Origin: a virus
Taxonomy: Duplodnaviria > Caudoviricetes
DNA length: 57,212 nucleotides
Direction: 5' to 3' (one strand)
Virus record (IMG/VR): IMGVR_UViG_3300030106_004085
Location: 1-57,212 of that record
The position numbers were made by a program, and so were the translations under genes. The notes beneath the pieces are model-generated. The model had not been told where the DNA came from and ran no database searches. It saw nothing but the letters and a program-made list of their open reading frames with translations. The first letter of the stretch is position 1. The number at the start of each line of letters is the position of its first letter. This document shows positions 37,129 to 45,471 of the stretch, piece after piece.

Positions 37129-38053
37129 AGCTATTGATGAAATAGAAGGATACTTTAACCACATACCCCTAACGATAACAAGACCAGACATACCCATACA
37201 AACAAACGTAGAGATGGCATTAAGGGCATCGTTCAAGATCGTAGCTGGATACAAAGAAAGGTTTCAGATTGAAAGGCTATGGGAACCCAGAGCAAAGGTA
37301 AGAGACAAGTGGAAGTTCGGGTACTTAAAACCTATATCAAGGACAAGCCCGGACGATACGGATACAGCTGAGTATCACCACATAGGATACGCATTGCTAG
37401 TTAAAGACAGTGGAACGACAAGCGGATACAACATAGAGATCAGCTACAACCACGGGAATCAATGGCATTCACTAGAGTATGCGACCATACAATCAGGTAC
37501 TGTACCACTACCTGATAACTACTATCACGTATGCGTTTCGAAACTAGAAGCAATGCTTCTTGAATTACGTGGCAACGCATGGCCTGAGTTTAACGACAGA
37601 CTTGGTACAACTCAGACACACAGTATAGTTGACCAGATATTGAAGATGATATGGGAAGACGCTGTTGAAGTGCAGAAGAATGTGTATTGGATACCAGAAA
37701 CTGTGTATACATGGGAGACATTCAGGCAAGACATCAAGCATTTCTGTACAGTATTAGATTTCCCACCAGAAAGAAACCCTGAATCCGTTTCAGCGTTGTT
37801 TGAATCCCTAAAGAAAGACATCAAAGATAACATACATACTGCAAAGAGAGAAGCAAAGGATGAATTCAAGGGGTGGAAAGGACAGCATGCCCTAGAAAAC
37901 ATGAGTAAAGCAGATAAGTATCGAGAAATGTTTGGAGGATTAAAAGAATTCCAGGAACTTGTAGAAGAATTAAAAGACGAAGCAAAGCCATTAGCTTACG
38001 AGCATGTTGTTCGTGAGGAAGAAGATGTTTTCAGTGATATAACAATTGACTAG
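37049..38053 (+). CDS. Hypothetical protein upstream of the AAA+/VWA pair
   Basis: 334 aa, SD gaggag, with VYWIP motif and helical C-terminus as often seen in genes preceding phage MoxR/VWA modules. Confidence 0.75.
   Translation: MSEKINKLMGTIAITKPHVMKMRDASKAIDEIEGYFNHIPLTITRPDIPIQTNVEMALRASFKIVAGYKERFQIERLWEPRAKVRDKWKFGYLKPISRTSPDDTDTAEYHHIGYALLVKDSGTTSGYNIEISYNHGNQWHSLEYATIQSGTVPLPDNYYHVCVSKLEAMLLELRGNAWPEFNDRLGTTQTHSIVDQILKMIWEDAVEVQKNVYWIPETVYTWETFRQDIKHFCTVLDFPPERNPESVSALFESLKKDIKDNIHTAKREAKDEFKGWKGQHALENMSKADKYREMFGGLKEFQELVEELKDEAKPLAYEHVVREEEDVFSDITID
37779..37793. promoter_or_regulatory. Near-palindrome site CTGAATCCGTTTCAG (1 mismatch)
   Basis: One mismatch; same reading frame (PESVS) and a cc 5' flank like the perfect sites. 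Confidence 0.5.
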
Positions 38054-38069
38054 TAGAAAGGTTAGACCT

Positions 38070-39173
38070 ATGAAGAAAGAAAACAAACAGCTTAATTGGG
38101 CATACATGATTGCACCTCAAGCAGGTGTGGCTGCCATGGCATACGGAGATCCAGGTACTGGTAAGACAGAGACAATCAAAGCATTAGCTGGTGCAACCAG
38201 CAGGCTATGGATACTCAACTCACTAGACCAGAAGGAACCGGAGGCCATGGGTGGATTCCCTAAGCCATCTGAAATCACACATCGAGGCAGGACATATCCA
38301 GTAGTAAAGAGAATACCTGAAGAAGACTTCGTGCGTGCCAAGCTTGAGCCATCCGTCATGCTGATTGATGAGTTCACCTGTGTATCAGAGGAGATCCAGG
38401 CAGCAGCCCTAGGATGGATGGCATCACCGCCTGAAAACTGTTGGGTATTTGCAGCAGGTAACAGGATTGAGCAGGCAGCTAATGGTAACGAGCTGACCGA
38501 ACCTATGATTAACAGGATGTTGATCGTAGATTGGGAGGTTGATGTTGATTCATGGAGTGAGGGTATGAACAACGGCGGTGAGTTTAGTCCGCCCGAAGTA
38601 CCTATCCTGCCTGCTGGATGGCAAGAGTTCGGGAAGATATATGCTGTACAGATCGCTGAGTTTGTGACTGGAGACACCACTCACTCACGGCCTGACTATC
38701 TCAATAAGGTCAACGACCCTGAGCGTATGGGTTTACCATTCCCTTCGCAGCGTAGCTGGACTAACCTCGCTAAGGTTCTAGGTGCAGCTGATTCTGTAGG
38801 TGCCAACATGGATACCAAGAATAAGATCGCTGCCGGTATGGTAGGTGAACACATAGCTTTAGAGTTCATGGCATTCCTTGAGCTGAGTGAATACAAAAGC
38901 CCAGAGGAAATACTTGCCAACCCTACTGAGACAGAAATACCTAAGCAAGCTCACGTAGCACTGTCGTATATACGATCTGTACTAAGAGCTGTGCATAGGC
39001 ACACAACTGCTGACAGATGGGAAGCAGCCAGGGTATTCCTTGCATATGTACACAAGAAACTGCCCGATGTTGCCAAGAGTCTTGAAGCTAAGCTGTACCA
39101 GATTAAACCTGAAGGGCACAAGCCTAATCAAGATGAGTTATTCAGTGAGCTAGAAAAAGAAAGGCTAGGATAA
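38070..39173 (+). CDS. MoxR-family AAA+ ATPase
   Basis: Walker A GDPGTGKT, Walker B MLIDEF, sensor AAGN, PMINR arginine finger and FPSQRSW. Confidence 0.9.
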   Translation: MKKENKQLNWAYMIAPQAGVAAMAYGDPGTGKTETIKALAGATSRLWILNSLDQKEPEAMGGFPKPSEITHRGRTYPVVKRIPEEDFVRAKLEPSVMLIDEFTCVSEEIQAAALGWMASPPENCWVFAAGNRIEQAANGNELTEPMINRMLIVDWEVDVDSWSEGMNNGGEFSPPEVPILPAGWQEFGKIYAVQIAEFVTGDTTHSRPDYLNKVNDPERMGLPFPSQRSWTNLAKVLGAADSVGANMDTKNKIAAGMVGEHIALEFMAFLELSEYKSPEEILANPTETEIPKQAHVALSYIRSVLRAVHRHTTADRWEAARVFLAYVHKKLPDVAKSLEAKLYQIKPEGHKPNQDELFSELEKERLG

Positions 39174-39184
39174 TAGGGAATAAC

Positions 39185-40789
39185 ATGAGTGATTCATTGA
39201 AAACAAATGACTTACAAAGTAAAATAATCTACCGAGAAAGCAATAGTTTAAGGAAGGGTCGCCTTGCAGCAGCGAGGCTATGGCCCTTCGCCAGGAATGC
39301 TATCTTCTCTATGCGTCCTATACCTGTGAAGGGATTCGGTACGCTAGGAGTTGATAAGCACTGGCGACTAGCTTATGACCCGGACTTTATTGAGACACTA
39401 TCTGTCGGTGAACTGGGTGGGGTTATCCTACATGAGCTATTGCACTTGCTTAATAAACATCACGATAGATTTGAGTTAACTAACGACAGCTCAAAGGAAG
39501 ACATATCAGATTGGAATATTGCTACAGATATAGCAATCAACGAGATGTTATCCCAAGAGTTCGATGATCAAAGACCCAGTAAGCATGACAGATTAACCTT
39601 ACCGTTAGATGTTCTGTACTACTGGAACTTAAGTTACTCAGTACCTGGGCTAGAAGAGATAAAGATAGACGATCACTATAGCTCCGAAGAAAACTATAAA
39701 ATTATCAAGAGTTATAGAGAGGAAAGAAAGAAAGATGCCAAGAAAAGCAACCATAAACGCACCGACGAAGGAGAAGTTCCTGGAAGTGGACTCCAAGCTG
39801 GAGCAACTACAACAGACATCGAGGGCACTAGAGGAGTTGATGACAACAGTGTCGAAGATGGACGAGATAGTTCTGACACAGAGCCAGAACAAGGGAGCAA
39901 TACAGACACTAGCACAGCAAATAATGCACCTGAATCACACAACGATCCAGTCGATAGTGGAACTGCAGAACAACCTAGTGGAGCTCAAGATAACAGTGGA
40001 TGCCTTGATGTCTCCGCAGATGGAGAACTATCCTGGACAGGGGATGCACAGACCAGACCCTGTTCAGGAGGCCTTCCGCCCGACCTAAGCAGTGTACTTG
40101 GTGACCCCAACGACGATGAGCATGGCATTGGTTTATCTAAAGATGAGATAGCCAGCGTCATGAAGGACGTTGCGTATCGCACTCAATGCAATGAAGGGTA
40201 CACACCTGCAAGCATGAAGCGATGGGCAAAGGGAGTGTCAAAGCTAACGAACGATCCTTGGCGAAGAGTGCTTAACATAGTTAAGTCCGTAACCAAGAGA
40301 TCAAGAGGGTCAGGTCGCAGGAGATACAACAGGTTTAATTATCGCAGCAATTACAGCAATGTGATATTGCCAACGAGATCTCACAACGAACCCAGGATTA
40401 TGATTTGCTTAGACACATCTGGATCTATGATGGATCTAGACTTTAGCAAGGCACGTGGCCTAGTAAAGAACTTATTCAAGAACCTTAAGCAGACAAACAA
40501 AATAGACATATACACAGGCGACATGGCACTAGAGAATGTAGTGTCTATCAGTAAAGACCTAGCCGAGATGGAGTTAACTGGAGGTGGCGGCACTGATGTC
40601 GGTGTTCTTATTGAGGAATCTCTCAAGGAAATAGAGCACAAGCCAGACATCATTGTAGCTATCACTGATGGTTACACACCTTGGCCAAGTAAAGACATCG
40701 GTATCCCCTTGGTTATAGCCTACACCAGGGACTCGCGGATGCACAACACACCCAAGTGGGCAACCAGTATCCTATTGGAGGAGATTTAA
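39185..40789 (+). CDS. DUF2201-type metallopeptidase-VWA protein
   Basis: N-terminal HELLH and WNIATDIAIN, acidic linker, MIDAS DTSGSM...GGGGTD...ITDGY. Confidence 0.9.
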   Translation: MSDSLKTNDLQSKIIYRESNSLRKGRLAAARLWPFARNAIFSMRPIPVKGFGTLGVDKHWRLAYDPDFIETLSVGELGGVILHELLHLLNKHHDRFELTNDSSKEDISDWNIATDIAINEMLSQEFDDQRPSKHDRLTLPLDVLYYWNLSYSVPGLEEIKIDDHYSSEENYKIIKSYREERKKDAKKSNHKRTDEGEVPGSGLQAGATTTDIEGTRGVDDNSVEDGRDSSDTEPEQGSNTDTSTANNAPESHNDPVDSGTAEQPSGAQDNSGCLDVSADGELSWTGDAQTRPCSGGLPPDLSSVLGDPNDDEHGIGLSKDEIASVMKDVAYRTQCNEGYTPASMKRWAKGVSKLTNDPWRRVLNIVKSVTKRSRGSGRRRYNRFNYRSNYSNVILPTRSHNEPRIMICLDTSGSMMDLDFSKARGLVKNLFKNLKQTNKIDIYTGDMALENVVSISKDLAEMELTGGGGTDVGVLIEESLKEIEHKPDIIVAITDGYTPWPSKDIGIPLVIAYTRDSRMHNTPKWATSILLEEI

Positions 40790-40790
40790 G

Positions 40791-41195
40791 ATGGCTAGTT
40801 TTAGCAATGTAGTAATAGTTGGTAACCTAACAAGAGATGTTGACTTGCGTACTGTTGCAACCAGGAATGGCGACAAGGAAGTAGCAGATATAACAGTAGC
40901 AGTTAACGATGGTTACGGAGAAAACCAGGCAGTTAGCTTTATTGATGTTACTCTATGGGGTCAGCCAGCTAAATTCGCAAGCGACTTCATGGGTAAGGGG
41001 TGGCCTGTCTTAGTGCAGGGTACACTGAAACAAGAAACCTGGGAGAAGGATGGGCAGAAGCGAAGCAAGATCAAGATCGTCGGTAGTACGATTAAGAACT
41101 TGAGATCCAAGAGGGAAGCTGAAGAGATGGGGCTAGGTACTGAAACGGTTTCAGCATCTCAACCATCCTTCGATACAAGTGCACCACCATTCTAG
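40791..41195 (+). CDS. ssb: Single-stranded DNA-binding protein
   Basis: NVVIVGNLTRD, FIDVTLWG, KGWPVLVQGTLKQETWEKDGQKRSK and a C-terminal PF. Confidence 0.95.
   Translation: MASFSNVVIVGNLTRDVDLRTVATRNGDKEVADITVAVNDGYGENQAVSFIDVTLWGQPAKFASDFMGKGWPVLVQGTLKQETWEKDGQKRSKIKIVGSTIKNLRSKREAEEMGLGTETVSASQPSFDTSAPPF
41140..41154. promoter_or_regulatory. Palindrome site 6 CTGAAACGGTTTCAG (in ssb)
   Basis: Perfect match. Confidence 0.8.
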
Positions 41196-41201
41196 TAGAT
41201 T

Positions 41202-41242
41202 AGCTAGGCCTGCAAGGGTATTGTCTCTCGCAGGCCTTAGCT
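41202..41242 (+). terminator. Stem-loop after ssb (terminator or processing site)
   Basis: agctaggcctgc/gcaggccttagct stem with only a short T tail. Confidence 0.5.
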
Positions 41243-41260
41243 TTAAGTGAGGAGATAAAA

Positions 41261-41452
41261 ATGAGAGATAGCTATATCGTAGTGCAAGGAAACCCAATAG
41301 AAGGGTACCGGTTTATAGGGCCGATGCCAAACAAAGGAGCAAGGCTTTTGGCAGAACATCTAATGCCGCAGGAAGATACATACGTAGCACACCTGGAAGA
41401 ACCGCAGGCTATACCTGCTCCACAAGATGATGACGGGGAGTATCCATTCTAA
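41261..41452 (+). CDS. Hypothetical protein
   Basis: 63 aa, SD gaggag, ends DDDGEYPF. Confidence 0.7.
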   Translation: MRDSYIVVQGNPIEGYRFIGPMPNKGARLLAEHLMPQEDTYVAHLEEPQAIPAPQDDDGEYPF

Positions 41453-41640
41453 TGAAACTAGCAATCAACGCCAAAGGATTGGCACGAGAAGTATATAGAA
41501 AGAAAGATCCAGGAATGGGTAAGGTACTACGTAAGCACTACAAAGATGTGTTTGCTTATGATGATGATAGAATAATCAAGCGGTGCATGAAGCACGTGCC
41601 TGGTTCTACATACGAAGAGTGGCTGCCACTGATTGGATAA
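41452..41640 (+). CDS. Hypothetical basic protein
   Basis: 62 aa, TAATG coupling. Confidence 0.65.
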   Translation: MKLAINAKGLAREVYRKKDPGMGKVLRKHYKDVFAYDDDRIIKRCMKHVPGSTYEEWLPLIG

Positions 41641-41643
41641 CCT

Positions 41644-42420
41644 TTGAAGATTTACGGTTACATCAGAGACTCAATAGATCCCGACTATTCTGTAGACGTA
41701 CAGCGTATAGGGATCGAGTCCTGGTGTAGGCGTAACTACGAACAAGAACCATACGAACACTACACAGATGAAACCCCCTGGGGTGGAGTCAATATCTTTG
41801 ACCGGCCAGCTGGGTCGGAGCTGTTCGAGATGCTGCAAGCTGGAGACATGATAGTTGGATACACACTAGCTAGATGTTTCACCAGTATACAACAAGCAGC
41901 CAGGACAATAGACGAGCTACGAGAACGTAGCATTATCTTTAACGTCGTCGAGTTAGGCTATGATCTGAACACAGATTACGGTGAACTCATGCACGACTCT
42001 GTTAAAACCTGGATAACATTCGATAGTACAATCAAGACCGAACGTATTAAAGAAAGAATTTCAGATCCAGACAAGCCCAGAAATAGACACTCACCTATAG
42101 GATACAAGCAAGTAAAGTCTGAAGGTAAATCTTATTTTGTTCCCGATGAAAAGGAACGTCAGATAGTACGTCAGCTAATAGAATGGAAGGACATCGACGG
42201 CATTACATGGTCAGAAGCTTTGCGCAGGATGATAGATAAGCCTCGTGCGTCAGGAACTAAATGGAACCAACAGAACATCCGTGTCGCATACAAGGCAGGG
42301 CTAGATGGATTCCCAGGCTGGAAGGGACAAGTCGATCCAGCTGAAATTATCCAAGAGAAGAAAAGGGAAAGCGCAAGGAAGAGGAAGATAGCATCCGAGA
42401 AAGAAAAGAAACGGGATTAA
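41644..42420 (+). CDS. Serine recombinase (resolvase family)
   Basis: IYGYIRDS (catalytic Ser motif), DRPAGSELFEMLQAGD and ERIKE, followed by PIGY...PDEKERQIV. Confidence 0.85.
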   Translation: MKIYGYIRDSIDPDYSVDVQRIGIESWCRRNYEQEPYEHYTDETPWGGVNIFDRPAGSELFEMLQAGDMIVGYTLARCFTSIQQAARTIDELRERSIIFNVVELGYDLNTDYGELMHDSVKTWITFDSTIKTERIKERISDPDKPRNRHSPIGYKQVKSEGKSYFVPDEKERQIVRQLIEWKDIDGITWSEALRRMIDKPRASGTKWNQQNIRVAYKAGLDGFPGWKGQVDPAEIIQEKKRESARKRKIASEKEKKRD

Positions 42421-42423
42421 GCT

Positions 42424-42675
42424 TCACTCTATTTTAGTTTCTATCGTAGTTATACGCCTATCATGCTCATCTAATCTGCTATCAATGCCATCAATAGCAC
42501 CCCAGACACGAACGTTCTTTGCCTTTTGATCAGCCATGTAATCAGCAAGCGTATTGTTTATTCTCTTTACTTCAGAGTACAACGCACTCATCCACCATAC
42601 AGCACCGGCAAACGCACCGAGTCCTGAACCTACTAAGGATATGACCCCTAGTGCATTGTCAGTAAACCAACTCAC
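42424..42675 (-). CDS. Membrane protein with C-terminal coiled coil (holin/XhlA-like)
   Basis: N-terminal TM segment then ...IDSRLDEHDRRITTIE. Confidence 0.65.
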   Translation of the reverse strand: MSWFTDNALGVISLVGSGLGAFAGAVWWMSALYSEVKRINNTLADYMADQKAKNVRVWGAIDGIDSRLDEHDRRITTIETKIE

Positions 42676-42861
42676 CTACTCAATTCCTTCTTCCGTGATC
42701 TTACGCAGGTACACATTAACTATAGCAATAGCACACGTAACAACAGCTGCAATCACTGGTTGTTCTGCAATCCATTCGCTTCCAGCAATAGCCGTGAGTG
42801 CAGATACAGCCATAGTCCCTACATTAAACCAGATTGTTTTACTTTGATACCACTTTTTCAT
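42676..42861 (-). CDS. Putative holin (2 TM)
   Basis: MKKWYQSKTIWFNV...NVYLRKIT matches a common small phage holin-like pattern. Confidence 0.65.
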   Translation of the reverse strand: MKKWYQSKTIWFNVGTMAVSALTAIAGSEWIAEQPVIAAVVTCAIAIVNVYLRKITEEGIE

Positions 42862-43049
42862 TAGAAGATTCCCTTCGATTTGATGAATACAAATACTGCT
42901 ATACCAACGATTAATAATATCACTAACCACTTACGTTTAGAAGCAACTGCCTTTGCTTTTTCTGTGATTGCGTTGATCTTGTCAATTTTATAGTCACGAC
43001 GAGAACTTTTTTTGTCTTGTTTGTCGTCTCGCTTATTGCGTCCAACCAT
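42861..43049 (-). CDS. Basic protein with C-terminal membrane anchor
   Basis: 62 aa; K/R-rich N-terminus then WLVILLIVGIAVFVFI. Confidence 0.65.
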   Translation of the reverse strand: MVGRNKRDDKQDKKSSRRDYKIDKINAITEKAKAVASKRKWLVILLIVGIAVFVFIKSKGIF

Positions 43050-43072
43050 GTTTTATTTTAACCTATAAAGTG

Positions 43073-43101
43073 TTGAAGAAATATTCCGCATACGATACCA
43101 T
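43073..43101 (+). promoter_or_regulatory. Sigma70-type promoter for the HTH-csrA-replication operon (probably leaderless)
   Basis: TTGAAG-N17-TACCAT, with the ATG 6 nt downstream and no SD. Confidence 0.6.
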
Positions 43102-43107
43102 TATACC

Positions 43108-43317
43108 ATGTCAAAACCAGTAGACGAAATCCTAACGACCAAAGAAGCAGCTGGAATACTAGGTGTTACACAAAGCAGAGTGCGTCAGCTGATACGCGAA
43201 GAAAGAATAGAAGCCATTAATAAGAATGGGGGGGGCTGGCTGATAGAAAGAGATCACCTCCTGGAATTTGCATCGCACCCAAGACAAGCCGGAAGGCCGA
43301 GGAGAAAGGAGGAGTAA
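43108..43317 (+). CDS. Excisionase-like helix-turn-helix (HTH_17) DNA-binding protein
   Basis: LTTKEAAGILGVTQSRVRQLIREERIEA...WLI, with a GRPR tail. Confidence 0.9.
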   Translation: MSKPVDEILTTKEAAGILGVTQSRVRQLIREERIEAINKNGGGWLIERDHLLEFASHPRQAGRPRRKEE

Positions 43318-43502
43318 TGCTAATACTAACCAGAACTAAAGAACAATCCATACAAATTGGTGATAACGTATCAATTAAAGTGCTCGACATCTATTCAGAC
43401 AATAGAGTACGGATAGGTATAACAGCACCAAAGGATGTTCTTATATTGCGTAGTGAACATGTCAACGAAACGCCCGAAGAAAACAGAGCTGAGCTTAAGT
43501 AA
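43317..43502 (+). CDS. csrA: Carbon storage regulator CsrA/RsmA homologue
   Basis: MLILTR...IQIGDNVSIKVL...RVRIGITAPKDVLILRSE aligns end to end with CsrA, including the RNA-binding Arg. Confidence 0.93.
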   Translation: MLILTRTKEQSIQIGDNVSIKVLDIYSDNRVRIGITAPKDVLILRSEHVNETPEENRAELK

Positions 43503-43827
43503 GCCTGAAGCCAGGCATTACGCAGAGAGGATATACATTCTTCTGCTTAATGGTAGGTTCCCAAGCTGTCACAAAGCCATCAATGAAGCTGAGCTAACAG
43601 TACAAGGCAGCGAAAAATCTGCGTTGAACAGCATAGCTATAGCACAGCTAGATCTAAGTGATAGAGTTATCAATCTATTAGACAAGGCTGGGTACAGTTT
43701 TATTGGTGATCTAATTGGTGTCGGAGAAGAACATTTACTAGCAAGTATCCCCATGTGCGGGGATAAAACAATTGATCTAATCAAGGGTGCTTTGATGAAG
43801 GAGATGATCAAACACCAACAACAATAA
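43459..43827 (+). CDS. Protein with RNA polymerase alpha-subunit C-terminal domain (alphaCTD)
   Basis: IAQLDLSDRVINLLDKAGYSFIGDL...EEHLLASIPMCGDKTIDLIKGAL matches the alphaCTD pattern (compare E. coli [26 protein letters not shown]...LLKTPNLGKKSLTEIK). Confidence 0.8.
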   Translation: MSTKRPKKTELSLSKPEARHYAERIYILLLNGRFPSCHKAINEAELTVQGSEKSALNSIAIAQLDLSDRVINLLDKAGYSFIGDLIGVGEEHLLASIPMCGDKTIDLIKGALMKEMIKHQQQ

Positions 43828-43837
43828 GGAGATTGTT

Positions 43838-44668
43838 ATGAAACAAATCTTAGAAATCTCAGCAGACGAATACTTTTCTTTACCGTATCTCTCTCAGTCT
43901 GCAATAAAAGACTTTAGAAACGAAGGGTCTTGGACTTACTACCACAAGTATGTCAAAGGCGACATAAAATCTAAGCCCCCGACTGATGCAATGAAGATAG
44001 GCTCAGCATTGCATGCCATCATATGCCCTGACATCGACATCGCTGAAACCATTTCAGTGGTGCCTGAATGGATAGACTTTGGCGGGATGCAACCTGAGAA
44101 AATTAACCGCCGATTAAAGAAGCATCGAGAATACCTTGCTGACTTTGAGGCAAAAAACAAGGGGAAGATAACACTAACAGCTAAAGACATGGATACAGTT
44201 ATGGGGATGAGGGAGTCAGTCCTGAACAACCCAGCAATATCTAAATACATAGACAGGCTCACAGCCAAGAGGAGTGAAGTAGTAGCGTTAAACAAGGTTA
44301 ACGACTACGATTGTAAAGCAATGTGCGACGCTGACTTTTCCGACGAAGGGCTAATCATAGACTTCAAGACAACTCGCCAGCACCTAGGTAAAGAGTTTGT
44401 TAAAGACGCTATATGGAAGTACGGTTATCAATACCAAGCAGCTCACTACTGCGATGTATTCAACGCAGAAAGATTCCTTATCGTAGCAATAAGAAACTTT
44501 CCGCCTTATGAATCCATGGTATTTGAAATGCCAGAAGAGTTTATTGGACAGGCCAGGATGCTTAACTATCAGGTGATAGATAGGATCAAATACTGCGAGT
44601 CACTATCGGAGTGGCACTCAGATGGCTGGGGAGAAATTATTAATATCGAGGAGATCATCGATGCCTAA
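43838..44668 (+). CDS. RecE/ExoVIII-like PD-(D/E)xK exonuclease
   Basis: LSQSAIK, AMKIGSALH, CKAMCD, IIDFKTT and YGYQYQAAHY motifs. Confidence 0.88.
   Translation: MKQILEISADEYFSLPYLSQSAIKDFRNEGSWTYYHKYVKGDIKSKPPTDAMKIGSALHAIICPDIDIAETISVVPEWIDFGGMQPEKINRRLKKHREYLADFEAKNKGKITLTAKDMDTVMGMRESVLNNPAISKYIDRLTAKRSEVVALNKVNDYDCKAMCDADFSDEGLIIDFKTTRQHLGKEFVKDAIWKYGYQYQAAHYCDVFNAERFLIVAIRNFPPYESMVFEMPEEFIGQARMLNYQVIDRIKYCESLSEWHSDGWGEIINIEEIIDA
44043..44057. promoter_or_regulatory. Palindrome site 7 CTGAAACCATTTCAG (in RecE-like gene)
   Basis: Perfect match. Confidence 0.8.
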
Positions 44669-45287
44669 GCATGAATCACTAAGAGCTGCACAAGTAGCGG
44701 TAATGAAAGACGTTGGATATGTCCAGAAGAAAGGACGTGTCGGATCAGGTAACTATGGGTACACATATGCTGGAGAAAAAGAACTTATCGCCCAGCTCAG
44801 GCCATCAATGATTAAGCATGGCATTGTTATGTATCCAGACATTTGTGAGGTAGTTAAGACAGAGGACTACACCACAAGCAAAGGACATCGAATGTCTCTG
44901 TTCTTAGGTAAGAGGAGGTTTTGTTTTGAGCATGTTGAATCTGGTGAGCAGGCTTTTGTTGAGGTCTTTGCTGAGGCTTCTGACCAAGGGGACAAGCGTG
45001 CATCAAAGGCTATGACCCTAGCCAAGAAGTATGCACTGCGTGAGTTCTTCTTGATTGAAACGGGAGACGACCCTGATGCACAGGTGTCTAAGCGTGCAGT
45101 TGGCAACGAAGACTTTCTTAAGAAAGCAATCAGTGCCATCAAGCAGACACCTTTAGAAGGACTCGATGAAAAGAATGAAGCAATCGTCACAGCAAAAGAA
45201 ATAAAGTGGACTGACGATGAGCTGATAAAGATTAACGATGCACTCATCAAGAGAAGAGAGGAGTTGATGAATGAAGGAGACACTTAA
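44661..45287 (+). CDS. ERF-family single-strand annealing protein
   Basis: VQKKG...YTY...DQGDKRASKAMTLAKKYALREFFLIETGDDPDA. Confidence 0.88.
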   Translation: MPKHESLRAAQVAVMKDVGYVQKKGRVGSGNYGYTYAGEKELIAQLRPSMIKHGIVMYPDICEVVKTEDYTTSKGHRMSLFLGKRRFCFEHVESGEQAFVEVFAEASDQGDKRASKAMTLAKKYALREFFLIETGDDPDAQVSKRAVGNEDFLKKAISAIKQTPLEGLDEKNEAIVTAKEIKWTDDELIKINDALIKRREELMNEGDT

Positions 45288-45471
45288 TCTCCAGCATATC
45301 CATGTCTTATGCTCTATGCTTCTAGATTCAGGCAGCCCACAAGAGCTAGCTGAGTATGGCAAGAGCATAAAGACTTGGAATATGAATGAGCGAACTAAAG
45401 AAGTAGCGAGGGAACTATACACCTCGCGAATGGATACCATCCTAAGTAAAGGAAACGATATAAATGTCTGA
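45271..45471 (+). CDS. Hypothetical protein
   Basis: 66 aa, overlapping both neighbours. Confidence 0.6.
   Translation: MKETLNLQHIHVLCSMLLDSGSPQELAEYGKSIKTWNMNERTKEVARELYTSRMDTILSKGNDINV

Noticed and set aside
39735-40088. Overprinted 117-aa coiled-coil-looking ORF inside the VWA gene
   Set aside because: It lies in an alternative frame of a low-complexity linker with only a weak RBS. It cannot be supported without homologues, though it is not excluded.
41140-44057. Palindromes flanking the resolvase and inverted cassette as an invertible segment
   Set aside because: Inversion would break ssb and the exonuclease gene. The odd 3-bp centre also does not fit the 2-bp crossover core of serine recombinases.
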